Shown here: positions 26,801 through 39,367 of the stretch, in pieces
Numbering within the stretch: the stretch's first letter is position 1
How the letters are laid out: the number at the start of each line of letters is the position of its first letter
Assembly: GCA_965112735.1 (NCBI GenBank)
Contig: OZ218951.1
Location: forward strand, 3,968,001 to 4,032,000
DNA length: 64,000 bases
Source: Phaeosaccion multiseriatum
Lineage: Eukaryota > Protista > Ochrophyta, other classes
Direction: 5' to 3'
Notes under the pieces: model-generated
The model's input: the letters and a program-made list of their open reading frames with translations, nothing else
Databases searched by the model: none
Told to the model about the DNA's origin: nothing
Made by a program: the position numbers and the translations under genes

Positions 26801-28975
26801 CCTCCTCCTCCTCCTCCTCCTCCTCCTCCTCCTCCTCCTCCTCCTCCTCCCTCCTTCTCTCCTGCTGCCTTGTCAGGCCCGCTCGAGCGAGACGGTGGGC
26901 ACTCTGAAGAGCTATCAGAAGCACTGGCTGCAGGCCTGCGTGCCCGTGCGCAGCAAGATTGCATGGCACTACGGGAGGGCCTTGTTGGAGAGGGGGCAGG
27001 TGGGGGATGCGAGGAGGGCTTATGACGCTTACCTCAAGCCTTGTGTGGATGACAAGGACGAGGACATCACGCCCTCCACGCTGGCCGGTGAGTGAGTGAG
27101 TCAGTCAATCTGTCAGTCAGTCAGTCAGTAGTCAGTCAGTCAGTCAGTGAGTGGGTGAGTCAGTCAGTCAGTCAGTCAGTCAGTCAGTCAGTCAGTCAGT
27201 CAGTCAGTCAGTCAGTGAGTGGGTGAGTCAGTCAGTCAGTCAGTGAGTGAGTGGATGGGTGGGTGGGTGAGTGAGTGAGTGAGTCAGTCAGTCAGTCAGT
27301 GGGTGGGTGGGTGAGTGGGTGAGTCAGTCAGTCAGTGGGTCGGTGGGTTGATGGGTGGGCGGGTGAGTGAGTTAGTGAAAGTGAGTGAGTGGGTGAGTGA
27401 GTGAGTGGATGAGTGAGTAAGTGTATGGGTGCGTGAGTGAGTGGGTGAGTGAGTGAGGGAGTGAGTGAGTGAGTGGTGGGACCGAATGAGCTGGTGAGTT
27501 CTTACAGCTCACACCGTCCACCGGACACATCTGACACCGCAACAACAACATCAAACATCCTACAGACGCCACGAGCCTGCTGTGGATGTTCGATCTCTGC
27601 GGCGAGAGTCACCACGTCGGGCTACAGAGGTGGGAGGCACTGGGCAGCTACTGGGGCCGCTTCGACTACCTGCAGCTCTCCAGTGTGCATGATATACACG
27701 CAATGATGGCGTATGCGACGCTTGCCAATATGGGGCAGGAAGGGGCGATGGCGGACGAGTGGAGGGGCAAGGCGGAGCAGCTGCTAGAGAGGATGCACAT
27801 CTCCGTGTGGGGCAACTTCCACCGCGGCAGTCATATGGGCAGCGACAGTAGCAGCGGTAGCGTGGAGTCTTATGGGGGAAGAGAGGCAGGAGGGGGAGGG
27901 GAGGGTACCGGCGACATGCGGAGGAGGGGGATGGGGGGGGGGGAGGGCAGGGGGGGGAGGAGGCACGCCAGGGACCCTTTGAACGACGTGAAGGTATTTC
28001 CACTGCTCAACAAGATGGATGCCACTCGGCACAGCCTTTACGTGCCGTTGGAAGAAGAAGGACAAGAGCAAGAGCAGGGGGCGGCGGCAGGGGCAGGGGG
28101 GGGGGGAGGGAAGGCGACAAGGCGGTGGAGGAGCGGGAGCGGACAGGAGGCGGAGAATAGAGCCGAGCTCAGAGCCAGGGCTGAGCAGGCATTGAAGAAG
28201 GCAGAGGAGGAAGAGGAGAGGAAAGGTGGCAGTGGACGACAACACGGCGGCGGCTCTCCTCCTCACCCGTACCCAGGCATACCCATCAGCTCCTTCCCTC
28301 CGGACCGGGCCTACAGCACCCCTCCGCTGGCCTCTGACGACGCTTGGGTCATGCGACACATTGGCATACCCGTGTGCGAGGCGTTGCTTGCCTACCGCAG
28401 CGACGAGTTGGACAAGGCTGTTGACTTACTGTTGAAGATGAAGCCGCATTGGAGTGCGTTGGGGGGTGACGTGGCACAAATCGAGGTGCTCGAGTTTACG
28501 CTCATGGTGGCGAGTATGGAGGTGCGTGTGTCTGTGAGTGTGTGTGTGTGTGCGTGTGTGCGTGTGTGTGTGAGTATGACCATACGATCCATGTGGAGCA
28601 GTGGAGAGGCTTTGCGTGTGTGGCGCTTTCTCTCTCGCACCACCCTCCCGCACTGTCTGCTGCCTTGTCTCGTTCTTTCTCGATTGCAAGTGGCGCTTTG
28701 TCTCTCCCACTCTCTCCCACACACACTCTCCCACCCCTGTCTCGTTGTTTGCCTCTCCTCTCTTTTTCTTCTTCTGTGCCATGCAGGTCTCCGATCGGAG
28801 CCTGGCCCTTGGGCTGGTGGAGGATTGGGTGTGGAGGAAGCCCAACGGGGGGCAGGGCTGGTGCCTGTATGCCTTGTTGCTCGAGTGGGAGGGCCTGTAC
28901 GACAAGAGTCTTGAGGCCAGGGAGAAGGCTTACAACATGGGCATCGGACAGGGCGGGCATAGGGGAGAGCTTTAG
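23871..28975 (+). CDS. TTC38-like tetratricopeptide-repeat protein, multi-exon
   Basis: Spliced pieces [68 protein letters not shown] and [13 protein letters not shown] follow the order of TTC38-family motifs (DAWAVHAVAH, HNYWHWAL, DASSLLYRL, LGGSNAQRDV). Internal exon edges are approximate. Confidence 0.75.
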
Positions 28976-29340
28976 AGAGAGCTGTGGAGCTGGGGGGAGC
29001 TGTTGACAGGGGGGGCGAAGGGGGAGAGGATGAGGAGCTGTGGAGCTGTAGAGCTGTACAAGACAGGAGGACTGAAGGGGGGGGGGCTGTGGAGTCGCCC
29101 AGGGTGGCGGAGGGTAGGGCATGGGGCACACGGCAGCACCACGCACTGCAGGACAATGTAACGGTTCAAAGCCTCAATTGCTTTTGAAGCGGTACTTTGT
29201 ATTTACAGGCGCGGCGAAGAAGGGAGCTAGTCAACAAACACACCCAGGGGGGCGGGTGATTGACGGACTCGCCCGCTTCGCGACTGAACGAATTAATCTT
29301 ACAGTACTGTGAGTTTTCCAACATTGCAACAACATGTGTC

Positions 29341-29565
29341 GTATGGCACTCGATGGCACTCCGTAGCATTCGATGGCACTCGATGGCACTCGATGGCACT
29401 CCGTAGCATTCGATGGCACTCGATGGCACTCGATGGTGCTCGATGGCACTCGATGGCACTCGATGGCACTCGATGGTGCTCGATGGCATTCGATGGTGCT
29501 CGATGGCACTCGATGGTGCTCGATGGCATTCGATGGCACTCGATGGCGCTCAATGGCACTCGACA
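29341..29565. repeat. 10-bp minisatellite (CGATGGCACT)n
   Basis: About 22 slightly varied copies between the convergent TTC38-like and D-LDH genes. Confidence 0.9.
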
Positions 29566-29647
29566 GCACGCGATAACAGTCAGCCGCCCTTTCCTCCCTC
29601 CTCCTCCCTCCGTGTACCGAAGTAAGTCAGTGAGAGCCTCAGCGAGC

Positions 29648-32131
29648 TCAGCCGCAGAGCACGAGCTTTCCCGTCTTGGGATCCCTCCTGTGGGGCAGCA
29701 CCTTGCCGGGATTCATCATGTTGGTAGGGTCGATCTGATGGCATACACAAGTGTGGCAGTTGGAGATACAGAAGCAGCAGTTGGTGGTACAGAGAGCTTA
29801 GAAAAACCCAGGGAGAAGCCAAGGCCAATACAACATACAGAGACACAGACTGTACTCTCGCTTTCTCTTTCTCAGCAAGGCAAAGGGAGTAAAGCACGGG
29901 AGAGGCCGCTCCCTTGCATCCCGCTCGACTCCCTCCCTCCCTCCCTCCCTCCCTCCCTCCCCCCCGCTCCCCCGCTCCCTCCCTCCCTCCCTCCCTCCCC
30001 CGCTCCCCCCCTCCCTCTATCCCTTGCCTCCCCTCCCCCGCTCCCTCCCTCCCCTCCCCTCCCTCCCTCCCTCCCTCCCTCCCTCCCTCCCGCTTTCTAT
30101 CTCTCCCTGCCTCCCTCCCTCCTTCCCTCCCTCCCTCCCTCCCTCCCTCCCTCCGTCCCTCCCTCCCTCTCTCCCTCTCCCTCCCTCCCTCCCTCCCTCC
30201 CTCCCTCCCGCTTTCTATCTCTCCCTGCCTCCCTCCCTCCTTCCCTCCCTGCCTCCATCCCTCCCTCCCTCCCTCCCTCCCTCCCTCCGTCCGTCCCTCC
30301 GTCCCTCCCTCCCTCCCTCCCTCCCTCCCTCCCTCCCTCCCTCCCTCCCTCCCTCCCTCCCTCCCTCGCTCCCTCCCTCCCTCCCTGCCTCGCTCCCTCC
30401 CTCCCTCCGTGCACGCACCGCCCTCTTGATGGTGGCCATGAGGCTCACAGATGGCTGTCCAAGTTCGTGCACCAAGTAGTCCACCTTGGCAACACGTGTC
30501 AAGAGAGTCAGGAATGTCAGGACAGTGGCGTGAGGAGTGTCAGCAGTGTCAGGACAGAGGAGTGAGGAGTGTCAGGACAGAGGGGTGAGCAGTGTCAGGA
30601 CAGAGAGGTGAGCAGTGTCAGGACAGAGGAGTGAGGAGTGTCAGGACAGAGGGGTGAGGAGTGTCAGGACAGAGGGGTGAGCAGTGTCAGGACAGAGGGG
30701 TGAGGAGTGTCAGGACAGAGGAGTGAGCAGTGTCAGTACAGAGGGGTGAGGAGTGTCAGGACAGAGGAGTGAGCAGTGTCAGGACAGAGGGGTGAGGAGT
30801 GTCAGGACAGAGGAGTGAGCAGTGTCAGGACAGAGGGGTGAGGAGTGTCAGGACAGAGGAGTGAGCAGTGTCAGGACAGAGGGGTGAGGAGTATCAGGAC
30901 AGAGGGGTGAGGAGTGTCAGGACAAAGGGGTGAGGAGTGTCAAGATAGAAGGGCGAGAAGTGTCAGGACAGAGGAGTGAGCAGTGTCAGGACAGAGGAGT
31001 GAGGAGTGTCAGGACAGAGGCTCGTACCTTGCCTACACCGACGCCGTGCTCGCCCGTACATGTGCCGCCCATCGACTGCGCCAAGTGCACCATGAGCTGA
31101 GAAGGCACGTGGGCAGGCGGGGAGGAGGCATATGGGCAGGCAGGGAGGAGGGAGGAAGGGAGAGAGGGAGGGGGGGAGGGAAGGAAGGAGGGAAGGAGGG
31201 AGGGAGAGAAGGAGGAGGAGGGAGATGAGAAGGCGTTTCCGATGGCAGAGCGGGGCCTGCTGCTCTTGCCAAGCTTCTCTATACCCCGGTCCTCACAGCC
31301 CCCCCTCCCCCCCCCCAGGGCCCCCCCAGGGTGCTCGGGCTCTCCTGTCTGGGAGGCACCGCTGCTGTACCAACAACTGCTGCTGTATCACCAACTGCTG
31401 CTGTATCACCAACGGCTGTATCACCGCATCACCAACTGCCGCATCACCGTATCACCAACTGCTCACCTTGGACAGGCGTTTTGCCTCTTGCACCTGCTCT
31501 GGATCCTCTTTATCGAACATTAAAAACGCATGGAAGTTTCCATCCCCGGCGTGAGCCACAATCGGGCCGGCGAGGGGGGAGGCGTCAAGAGCACGCTTGG
31601 ACTTGCCAATGAGCTCGGGTAGGCGAGAGAGAGGCACGCACTGGGGAAGGGAAAGAAAGAGAGACGGGTGGGAGGGAGGGAGGGAGGGAGGGAGAGGAGA
31701 GGCAGGGGGGGATGGATGGGAGGGGAGGGAGGGAGGGAAGGATGGGAGGGGAGGGAGGGATGGGAGGGGAGGGGAGGGAGGGAAGGATGGGAGGGAGGGA
31801 GGGAGGGAGTGAGAGATGGGAGGGAGGGAGGGAGGGGGGGAGAGATGCGCGGCACAGGGAGAGGGACAGGATAGATGGGATAGGATGGAATGGCAGTGGA
31901 TGGGAGGGGGGGAGAGATGCGCGGCGCAGGGAGAGGGACAGGATAGATGGGATAGGATGGAATGGCAGTGGATGGGAGGGGATGGCAGTGGATGGGATGG
32001 GAGGGGATGGCAGTGGACGTGACGGGAGGGGATGGCAGTGAATGGGATGGGATGGTTGGAGGTGGAGAGGTCGTCAGTGGGACACACAAAGGAGAGGAGA
32101 GAGAGAGAGAAAGAGAGAAAGAAAGAAGGAA

Positions 32132-32166
<35 letters not shown>

Positions 32167-34166
32167 GAGAGAGAGAGGGTTACTACTTCCCGTGTCCGTG
32201 ATCATACGGAGGCGAAGGGAGAGGAGGGGGTAATAGTCGTGCTACTACTTGCACTGACCGTGTCTGTGATCATGCAGGAGAGGGAGGGATAGCGCGCCTG
32301 AGTGCTCCACAGGGCCTCCTTGCGCTCCCTCCACATGGCCGAGCAGGCCTGTGGGGAGAGGGGAGAGGGGTATGAAGGGGGAGGCTCACTTACTCACTCA
32401 CTCACTCACTCACTCAAGCACTCCTCCCTCCCTCACCCCCTCACTCACTCACTCACTCCCTCACTCACTCAAGCACTCCTCCCTCCCTCACCCCATTCCT
32501 CACCCCCTCGCTCACTCACTCACCCTTTCACTCACTCACTCACTCACTCACTCACTCACTCACTATCTCGCCTCGTTGTCCTCTACGAGCTCTCACTCCC
32601 TCCCTCCCTCCCTCCCACCCTCCCTCCCTCCCTTCCTGCCTCTCTCCCTCCCTCCCTCCCTCCCTCCCTCCCTCCCTCCCTCTCTCCCTCCCTCCCTCTC
32701 TCCCCCTCCCTCCCTCCCTCCCTTCCTGCCTCTCTCCCTCCCTCCCTCCCTCCCTCCCTCCCTCTCTCCCTCCCTCCCTTCCTGCCTCTCTCCCTCCCTC
32801 CCTCTCTCCCTCCCTCCCTCCCTCCCTCCCTTCTTGCCTCTCTCCCTCCCTCCCTCCCTCCCTCCCTCCCCCCCTCCCTCCCTCCCTCCCTCCCTCCCTC
32901 CCTCCCTCCCTCCCTCCCTTCCCCCCGGCCTCACCTCCTTGTCCTCTCCGAGTTCTATGTGCCTTCCTCCATGTTCGGCCACAACGCCCGCCACGGCCTC
33001 CTGTACTGACTTCACTTCGCTCTGAAATGGGGTAGGCATGGGCAGGCATATGGGCAGGCATATGGGCAGGCATATGGGCAGGCATATGGGCAGGCAGGCA
33101 GGCAGGCAGGCAGACAGGCCGGCAGACATGGCGGCGGAGCAAAGCAACTCAATCAATCTCGAGTGAGTTGTGAAAAGCACTATTCTTCACCACTACACAC
33201 ACTCTTCACGCCTTCTCCTCCAACCCACTACCCCCCCCACGGTACAAGCCAGCTAGACTCAGCTTCAAGGGTTAGGGTTTTGAGTGCTATACGGACGGTG
33301 TGCTGGCTTTGCAAGCTTCGTACTCTACTTCTTTCAGAACAACAAGTACTTGGAGCACTGCATTGTTGAGAGTAGTGCTGCTGCGAAGGGAGTGCCGTTG
33401 TGACGTATTGCTATGTCCTTACGTATCCTTACGTGGCTGTCCCCCGCGAACTCGAAGAGAAGGGTGGAGAGCTTGGGCTTTACGTCCCCCAATTGGCGAT
33501 TGTCGTTGCAAATGTCCACCATCGTGTCGTCCATGATCTTGGGGGGAGTGGAAAAGAGGGGAGCAGGGAGGACAGAGAGGATAAAGGGCAAGGTCAGACA
33601 GGGTCTCTTACTGCGCGTATCTGCCTTTCTCCACCCCCCCCCCTCCCTTACTCCTCCCCTCCTCCCCTCTCCCTCTCCCTCCCCTCCCCTCGAGCCCCTC
33701 CTCCCCTTCCTCCTCACCTCTGCCCTCCCCAGAGGCAACCCCCTGGCCAGCAGTTCGGCCACTACCTCGGCGCAGTCCTCCAACTTGTCAAAGCAGCAGC
33801 GCATGGCGAGGCTATGCCGAGGTATCCGATGCACCCTCAGCGTCACCTGTTTCAGTTTCAGTTCCCGTCCCAGTTTGAGTTTCAGCTCCAGTTCCACTTC
33901 CACTGCAACTAGATCCTACCGACTGCGTTCGTTCCCTTTATCGTGCCCCTCTATCGTTTAAGTTTTAGTTCGACTCTACACACCTCGGTTGTGACCCCGA
34001 GTGTGCCCTCGCTGCCCACGAAGAGACGAGTAAGGTCGTAGCCAGCTGCGCTCTTCTTCGCACGAGTCCCTGTCTGCTTGTTTGGTGTGTGGCAGTGGAT
34101 GGCAGTGGACGGCAGTACGTGGGTGAGTGGGTTGCAGTGGACGGATGGCTGGGTGACCCCTTTCCC

Positions 34167-34213
<47 letters not shown>

Positions 34214-35755
34214 CGTGTGTGCCCCTCTCATACACACATACACACACACGACATAGCACACACCTCAACTACTTCCCCCGAGGGCAGCACGACGATGGCG
34301 CTGATGACGTTTTCCCTCATCGTTCCGTACTTGACAGCGGTGCTTCCCGAGCAGCGACACGCCATCATCCCGCCGATGGTTGCGCCAGGGCCAGGGTCCT
34401 GCTCAGTGGACAGCGATGCGGGGGCACGAAGGAGTGAGGGAGGTAGAGAGAGGGGGGGGGGGGAGGAGGAAGTGAGTGAGTGAGTGGGTGAGGGACGGAC
34501 GGAGGGAGGGAGGGAGGGAGGGGGAGGGAGGGTAAAGGGTAGAGCCGCGTAGGCCCTCCTCGCAGGGAGCGAGCGACGACGGGACTGACTGACTCACCAG
34601 CGGGAACCAGAGGCCGTGCTCCTTAAGCAATTCGTTGAGGTCCAGGTAGCCTAGGCCGGGTTGAACAGTGATGTCAAAGTCCTTCTTGGAGAAGCGCAGC
34701 ACCTTGGTCATTTCTGTCATGTCAATGCTCACACCTCCGTCAGGGCACAGCAGCTGGCCCTCAAGGGATGTCCCTGAGAGAAAGGGGAAGTCGTTGGTAC
34801 ACACAGGCACGAGCGCAGACAAAGTAAACTTTACATGCTTTCTAAAGTATGTTGAAGAAGTACATATAGTGAGTCCTTGGTCAAAGAGGGCAAAGAGGAA
34901 GTTGAAGAAGCAATGCCTTGATAGGCCTCCCCTCTCTCCTGAAGGACATGGAAGTGTCCAGCATGGCGTGGCATTGCGTCAGGCGTCAGGATGGGCATTC
35001 ATTCTCCTCCCCCTACCTACCTCCTCCGTACGGAACGACAGGAACCCCATGTTTGGCGCACAGCCGCACAACCTGGGACACCTGAGGAAACACAAACACA
35101 ATTTGAGAATGTATTTGACTCACAAGCTCAGCATCAGGGGAGCAGCGAGAAGAGCCAAGGTGCCACCCGCTGAGGTGTAGCAGTGGTCGATGCTCACCTG
35201 CTCTGTGCTGTTGGGCCGCACGATAACATCTGGGGTCCGCTTGCATGTGTGGTAACTGCTCGCCGGCTTGCCTCGCTCCTGTCAGGAAAACCAACTCAGT
35301 CCTTGATTTCGCACGCCGCCTCAATGGGAGATGCAAGTTGCGCAACAAAAAAGCAACTGCCTCTTCCCCTCCAAACGCACCTCAAGATCATCGCTGTCGA
35401 CAGATATGTTATCTTCTCCCAGCAGCGTGATCAGCTCCCCCACGAAGGCCTCATGCTCCCTCTCCTTTAGCTGCTGTTGTGGGCCCTGGTCCGCTTCGCA
35501 CGTGCTTTGCTGCTGAGTGGAACACCCAAAGAGGGCAGCCGCTGCAGCTGCAGCAGCTACAGCACCAGCATCGAGCTTTGCGTTCGTCCGCCTTTGCCCT
35601 CCATCATGCGAGTACCGCTGGCGAAGCGAAGATCCCTGCCTTCTGGATCCCCCCCCTTCGCTGCCAGTTCTGCTGCTCCGGCCTGCAGCGGCTGCTACTG
35701 CAGCTGTGCGCACCACGGGAAGCCTCCGCAGCAGACCATTTACCCGGAACAGCAT
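29648..35755 (-). CDS. FAD-dependent D-lactate dehydrogenase (cytochrome), mitochondrial type, multi-exon
   Basis: R/A-rich presequence, PVVPYGG|[96 protein letters not shown]|[12 protein letters not shown]. Confidence 0.92.
30505..31020. repeat. 22-bp intronic minisatellite (GAGTGTCAGGACAGAGGGGTGA)n, about 22 copies
   Basis: Fills almost an entire D-LDH intron. Confidence 0.92.
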
Positions 35756-35929
35756 GGAGACAAGAAGGTGGAGACGGGAGGGAAAGAAGAAAGAGAGGGA
35801 AGAAGGACGGAACAGAGGGGTAAAAGTAAAGGGATGGCACTTCAGGGTGTTTATTACCCGGCCCCTCGCGATCGCGACGCTTAACAAGTCTGCCCAGCGC
35901 GACGAAAGACAGAGCATCAGACAGAGAAG
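35756..35929. promoter_or_regulatory. Probable bidirectional promoter (D-LDH / TBCA)
   Basis: Only 174 bp separate the divergent start codons; contains the palindrome TCGCGATCGCGA. Confidence 0.5.
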
Positions 35930-36712
35930 ATGGCAGAGCGACAGCTCAAGATAAAAGTGGGGGTGTGCACCAGGTGAGAGAAGGGTAAGTGGGACTCCTT
36001 TTCTTCCATTCGCTCCTCCCTAACCCACCCCGACGTACTTGCGCTGCACCAGGCTAGGCAAGGAGGTGGCGGCCTATGAGAAGGAGGCCAAGGACAACGA
36101 GGCAAAGGTTCAGAAGATGCGGGATGACGAAAAGGACCCTTACGATATTAGAAAACAAGAGGTGGGTGGAAAGCCTGCGCACGCAACCGTCCCACTTTCT
36201 CTCTCGCGCTCTCTCTGCCCGCACCCCTCCCAGTCTGTCGATAGCCCTGATATCCCCTTCCTGCCTTTCGCCCACTACCCTCCCCACGTCTGATTAAGCT
36301 CTTTGTGGGGCAGCTCTCCTTTCCACCCCTTCTGATCCAATCTCTTTCATGGGGCTGCAACACGCTGGTCCAAAGACGTTGGCAGTCCAAAGGGGGGATG
36401 TCCCTGCTACTACACTACTCCCGCTGCTGTCTTGCACCGCTGACTTTGGCCCTGGACTTTGACTGCTCCTACGCCCCAAAACGTAATGAACGGCGCCCCC
36501 CCTTGCTCTCCTCCTCCCACTCGGCGTGGGCTGTGGTCGTGGAGCAGGAGGTACTCCAAGAGAGCTGCATGATGATTCCGGACTCCAAGGCTCGGCAGCA
36601 GGATGCGCTAGAGGACCTCAAGAGCTTTCTCGACACAAGCGAGGCCGAGCTCAAGGGCAGCGGAGACTTGTTGAAGACGGCAAAGCAGCTCGTGGAGGAA
36701 GGGGGCGTGTGA
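35930..36712 (+). CDS. TBCA: Tubulin-specific chaperone A (cofactor A), 3 exons
   Basis: MAERQLKIKVGVCTR|LGKEVAAYEKE...DPYDIRKQE|EVLQESCMMIPD matches the TBCA pattern. Exons 35930-35973, 36053-36161, 36548-36712. Confidence 0.92.
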
Positions 36713-37619
36713 GGGAGAGGGGAGAAGGGGGAGGGCAGACGGAAAGAAGGCGGCGGTCTCCCGGTCACGCACTCAACGTCCAACGATTGATTATTGGCCC
36801 AAATTCCATCGAGGGGACGGATGACGGAGGCAAAGCAAACAAGCCCTCCATACATCTTCATGGGTTCGTTGACGAGGGTGATGGAAGGACGCTCGCTCCT
36901 CTTCAATGGCGCAGCGCAGTTGAATTAGTGCTTCTTATCTCTTCCCATCTCTTCCTCGGAGGCGGTGGTATTTAGCTGCAGCGTTTGCAGAGAGGCAGCA
37001 CAGCATCTCTGTCCTCCATCTCTCGGACTCTCTGGAGCGGTGCTGGTGGGGCAAATGGGGCGTCGAGCGACAGGGTGAGGCGACAGAGAGCAGAGGGGCA
37101 TAAGCGGCGCATTCAGTCGCAAGGGGCAGGGAAGCTCAGCACAACAACAGACAACAGACAGCGGGACCCCTTGCAAGTACTAGTACTGTAGAGAAGGGAG
37201 AGAGAAAATGAATCACACTTCTCAGCCGCGCGTGGCCACCAGCAGTTGTAGAGACGTCCCTCGTCCCAGCCTCAGGCAGGCATGATGTCATTGATGAGGT
37301 GGGTGGTGGGGGCTCGGGGGGTTGGATGTATTGACTTGAGTGAGTAAGTATATTTGGGTGCAGTCTCTTGAGATGATCATCTGTGACTCTGGATGAAGAG
37401 GCCACGCAGATGGTGATAAGCGCGCCGCGTTTTTCGTTTTGTTTTGTTTTGGTCTCGAAATTGGAGGATTCCCGCATTTCTCAGTGTGTTGAAGTATCCC
37501 CGAGAGCTGGTTGAAGCTCAAGTTTGAGGGCCCGGAAAAATTAACTAACTCGCTTTACTCAAATTTGTGTGTAATTGCCGCATTGCGGAGGAGGAGGAGG
37601 AGGAGGATGAGGAGGAGGA

Positions 37620-37691
37620 GCATCCTTTTGCTAGGCTGACAGCTATCCACTGAATATTCACGGGGGTAGCTGTCAGCCTACAAAAGGATGC
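37620..37691. repeat. 72-bp near-perfect palindrome
   Basis: GCATCCTTTTG(C)TAGGCTGACAGCTA...TGAATATTCA...TAGCTGTCAGCCTACAAAAGGATGC. Confidence 0.9.
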
Positions 37692-37974
37692 CTTCTTACA
37701 TGCCTGTCAGTAAGGTCGGGGAGAGGAGCCAGGCGTCGCCGGGCAATACATGCGGCCCTCTAGTGACTAATAAGCTAGCGCCTAGACTAATAAGCAAGCA
37801 AGTGGTGGTGTCAATAGGCCTTGAACTTAACGGGCCTGGCTGGTGCTGATCCATCAGCCAACCTTCGAGTGCCATCCACTTTGTTGGTACTACTCTGCGC
37901 CATTGCATCGACTTTGTACCGATGGGGAGCGAGGACTACTAGGCTAGAGCTACTGACCTGTCCAGTCCCTGTGT

Positions 37975-38102
37975 GTCGACCCCTGACGCACTATCGCCCA
38001 CATTCTCGATAGCGCGCTATTGGTTAGCGGATAGCGGATCGGCTGGCGCCAGCGATAGCGGATAGGCGCCAGGCAGGGGTGGGCGAAACGTTACTTTTAG
38101 AC
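37975..38102. mobile_element. Degenerate copy of the small TIR (MITE-like) element seen at 55012-55126
   Basis: GTCGACCCCTGACGCACTATCGCCCACATTCTCGATAGCGCGCTAT...GGCTGGCGCCAGCGATAGCGGATAG aligns with 55012-55126. Confidence 0.7.
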
Positions 38103-38353
38103 GTTCCTTTTTTTTTTTCTTTCCCTTTTTTTCCCCTTTCTTTCTTCACTGTCATGGACCTGCATGAGTAAATGAGGGGCGAGCACAGCGCTTCCGGACT
38201 TGCATCGACCTGCATGAGTAAACGAGAGGGCGATAAACAAGAAGGTGCATATGGTTAGCCTCTTGAGAAACCAACTCTTGCGCCAGTACACCACCATTAG
38301 GGGGAGGAGTTTAAGCCTTCGGCGGGTGAAGGGGGTAGAGGCTTCGTCCAGGA

Positions 38354-39367
38354 ATGCCAAGCATGCAGCGACCTAATCTTGAGCAAGCGCTGTCGGTGTA
38401 CAATTTCGAGTACCTTACGCCTGAAACGAAAGAGTGGACGGCCTACTGTGAGCAAAATCATCTGTCGGAGATTCAGGCAGAAGCTTTTGCAGTGTATCCT
38501 TCGACTCAGTCCCGTGCCGACACGCTTAGAGCTACGCGGTACCGCTTGCCGGTCTACTTTGGAGGTGATATGAGCAGCATGTACGACGCCCACAAACTGG
38601 AGAGCGTGCATGGCTACAGCAAGACGGACGTGCCTGCGCCGAGACCGGGCCATCGTCGCCCGCAGGTGATCATCGCGGCCCCCGTGTGGTGTTCGCGTGC
38701 ACCGGACATCAAGTTTCACGTGATTCATGCGTACGGGGTGAACCTTGAAACACCACACACCGCTGATTATTCGGTCATGGTGGATGCCACGGGGAATTTG
38801 CGTGTCGGCGAGTACAAGCTTGCGGTGCACTCACTACTGTCAGGCATTGTGGAGGCTACCCAGACCATCATTGCCCGAAACGCCGGCGGTGATTCTTGCC
38901 CAGCGCAATGGACCTTACGTATGCCCATGATTGGAATGGGTGCCTACCTCTCGTCCGTGCTCGCTGAGGACAGAGTCCAGGCAATGCGGGTATTTGCCGA
39001 GTGTCTCACAAACGCAGCCGTCGAGCTTTTGGGAGCTGCTGTTCGCCTCCAGATCTGCGATTTTACAGGATGCAGCCTTGCAGACGGGGATGTGGTTGGA
39101 TGGGAGGTGTGTAAGGGGCGTACAGAGGGAGACTTGTTCAATGTCACACCAGAGCCGGGGCTGATCATGGTGAATGCGTGGGATGATGTGAGCTTCATCG
39201 GAAACGGCGGCCAAAGAGACGACACGATTGATGGGTATATGATCGCCGGACACGGTCCTGGCGGTAAGCTCGTAAATTGTAGCTATTTGCACAATCCATG
39301 CTTTCTACCCGCCCTCTTACGCGAGGACTCGACGCCGTCGGACAGTTGCGCGGAAGTGCTTTCTTGA
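38354..39367 (+). CDS. Intronless 337-aa protein, putative divergent macrodomain (MavL/Larg1/DUF4804-like) ADP-ribosylhydrolase
   Basis: Uninterrupted, non-repetitive ORF with motifs HVIHAYG (38717), LRMPMIGMGAY (about 38915) and VNAWDDVSFIGNGGQRDDTIDG (39170). The ORF is solid; the family call is from motif memory. Confidence 0.6.
   Translation: MPSMQRPNLEQALSVYNFEYLTPETKEWTAYCEQNHLSEIQAEAFAVYPSTQSRADTLRATRYRLPVYFGGDMSSMYDAHKLESVHGYSKTDVPAPRPGHRRPQVIIAAPVWCSRAPDIKFHVIHAYGVNLETPHTADYSVMVDATGNLRVGEYKLAVHSLLSGIVEATQTIIARNAGGDSCPAQWTLRMPMIGMGAYLSSVLAEDRVQAMRVFAECLTNAAVELLGAAVRLQICDFTGCSLADGDVVGWEVCKGRTEGDLFNVTPEPGLIMVNAWDDVSFIGNGGQRDDTIDGYMIAGHGPGGKLVNCSYLHNPCFLPALLREDSTPSDSCAEVLS

Noticed and set aside
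29309-30565. 418-aa + strand ORF
   Set aside because: Antisense to D-LDH and composed of minisatellite and (CCCT)n sequence.
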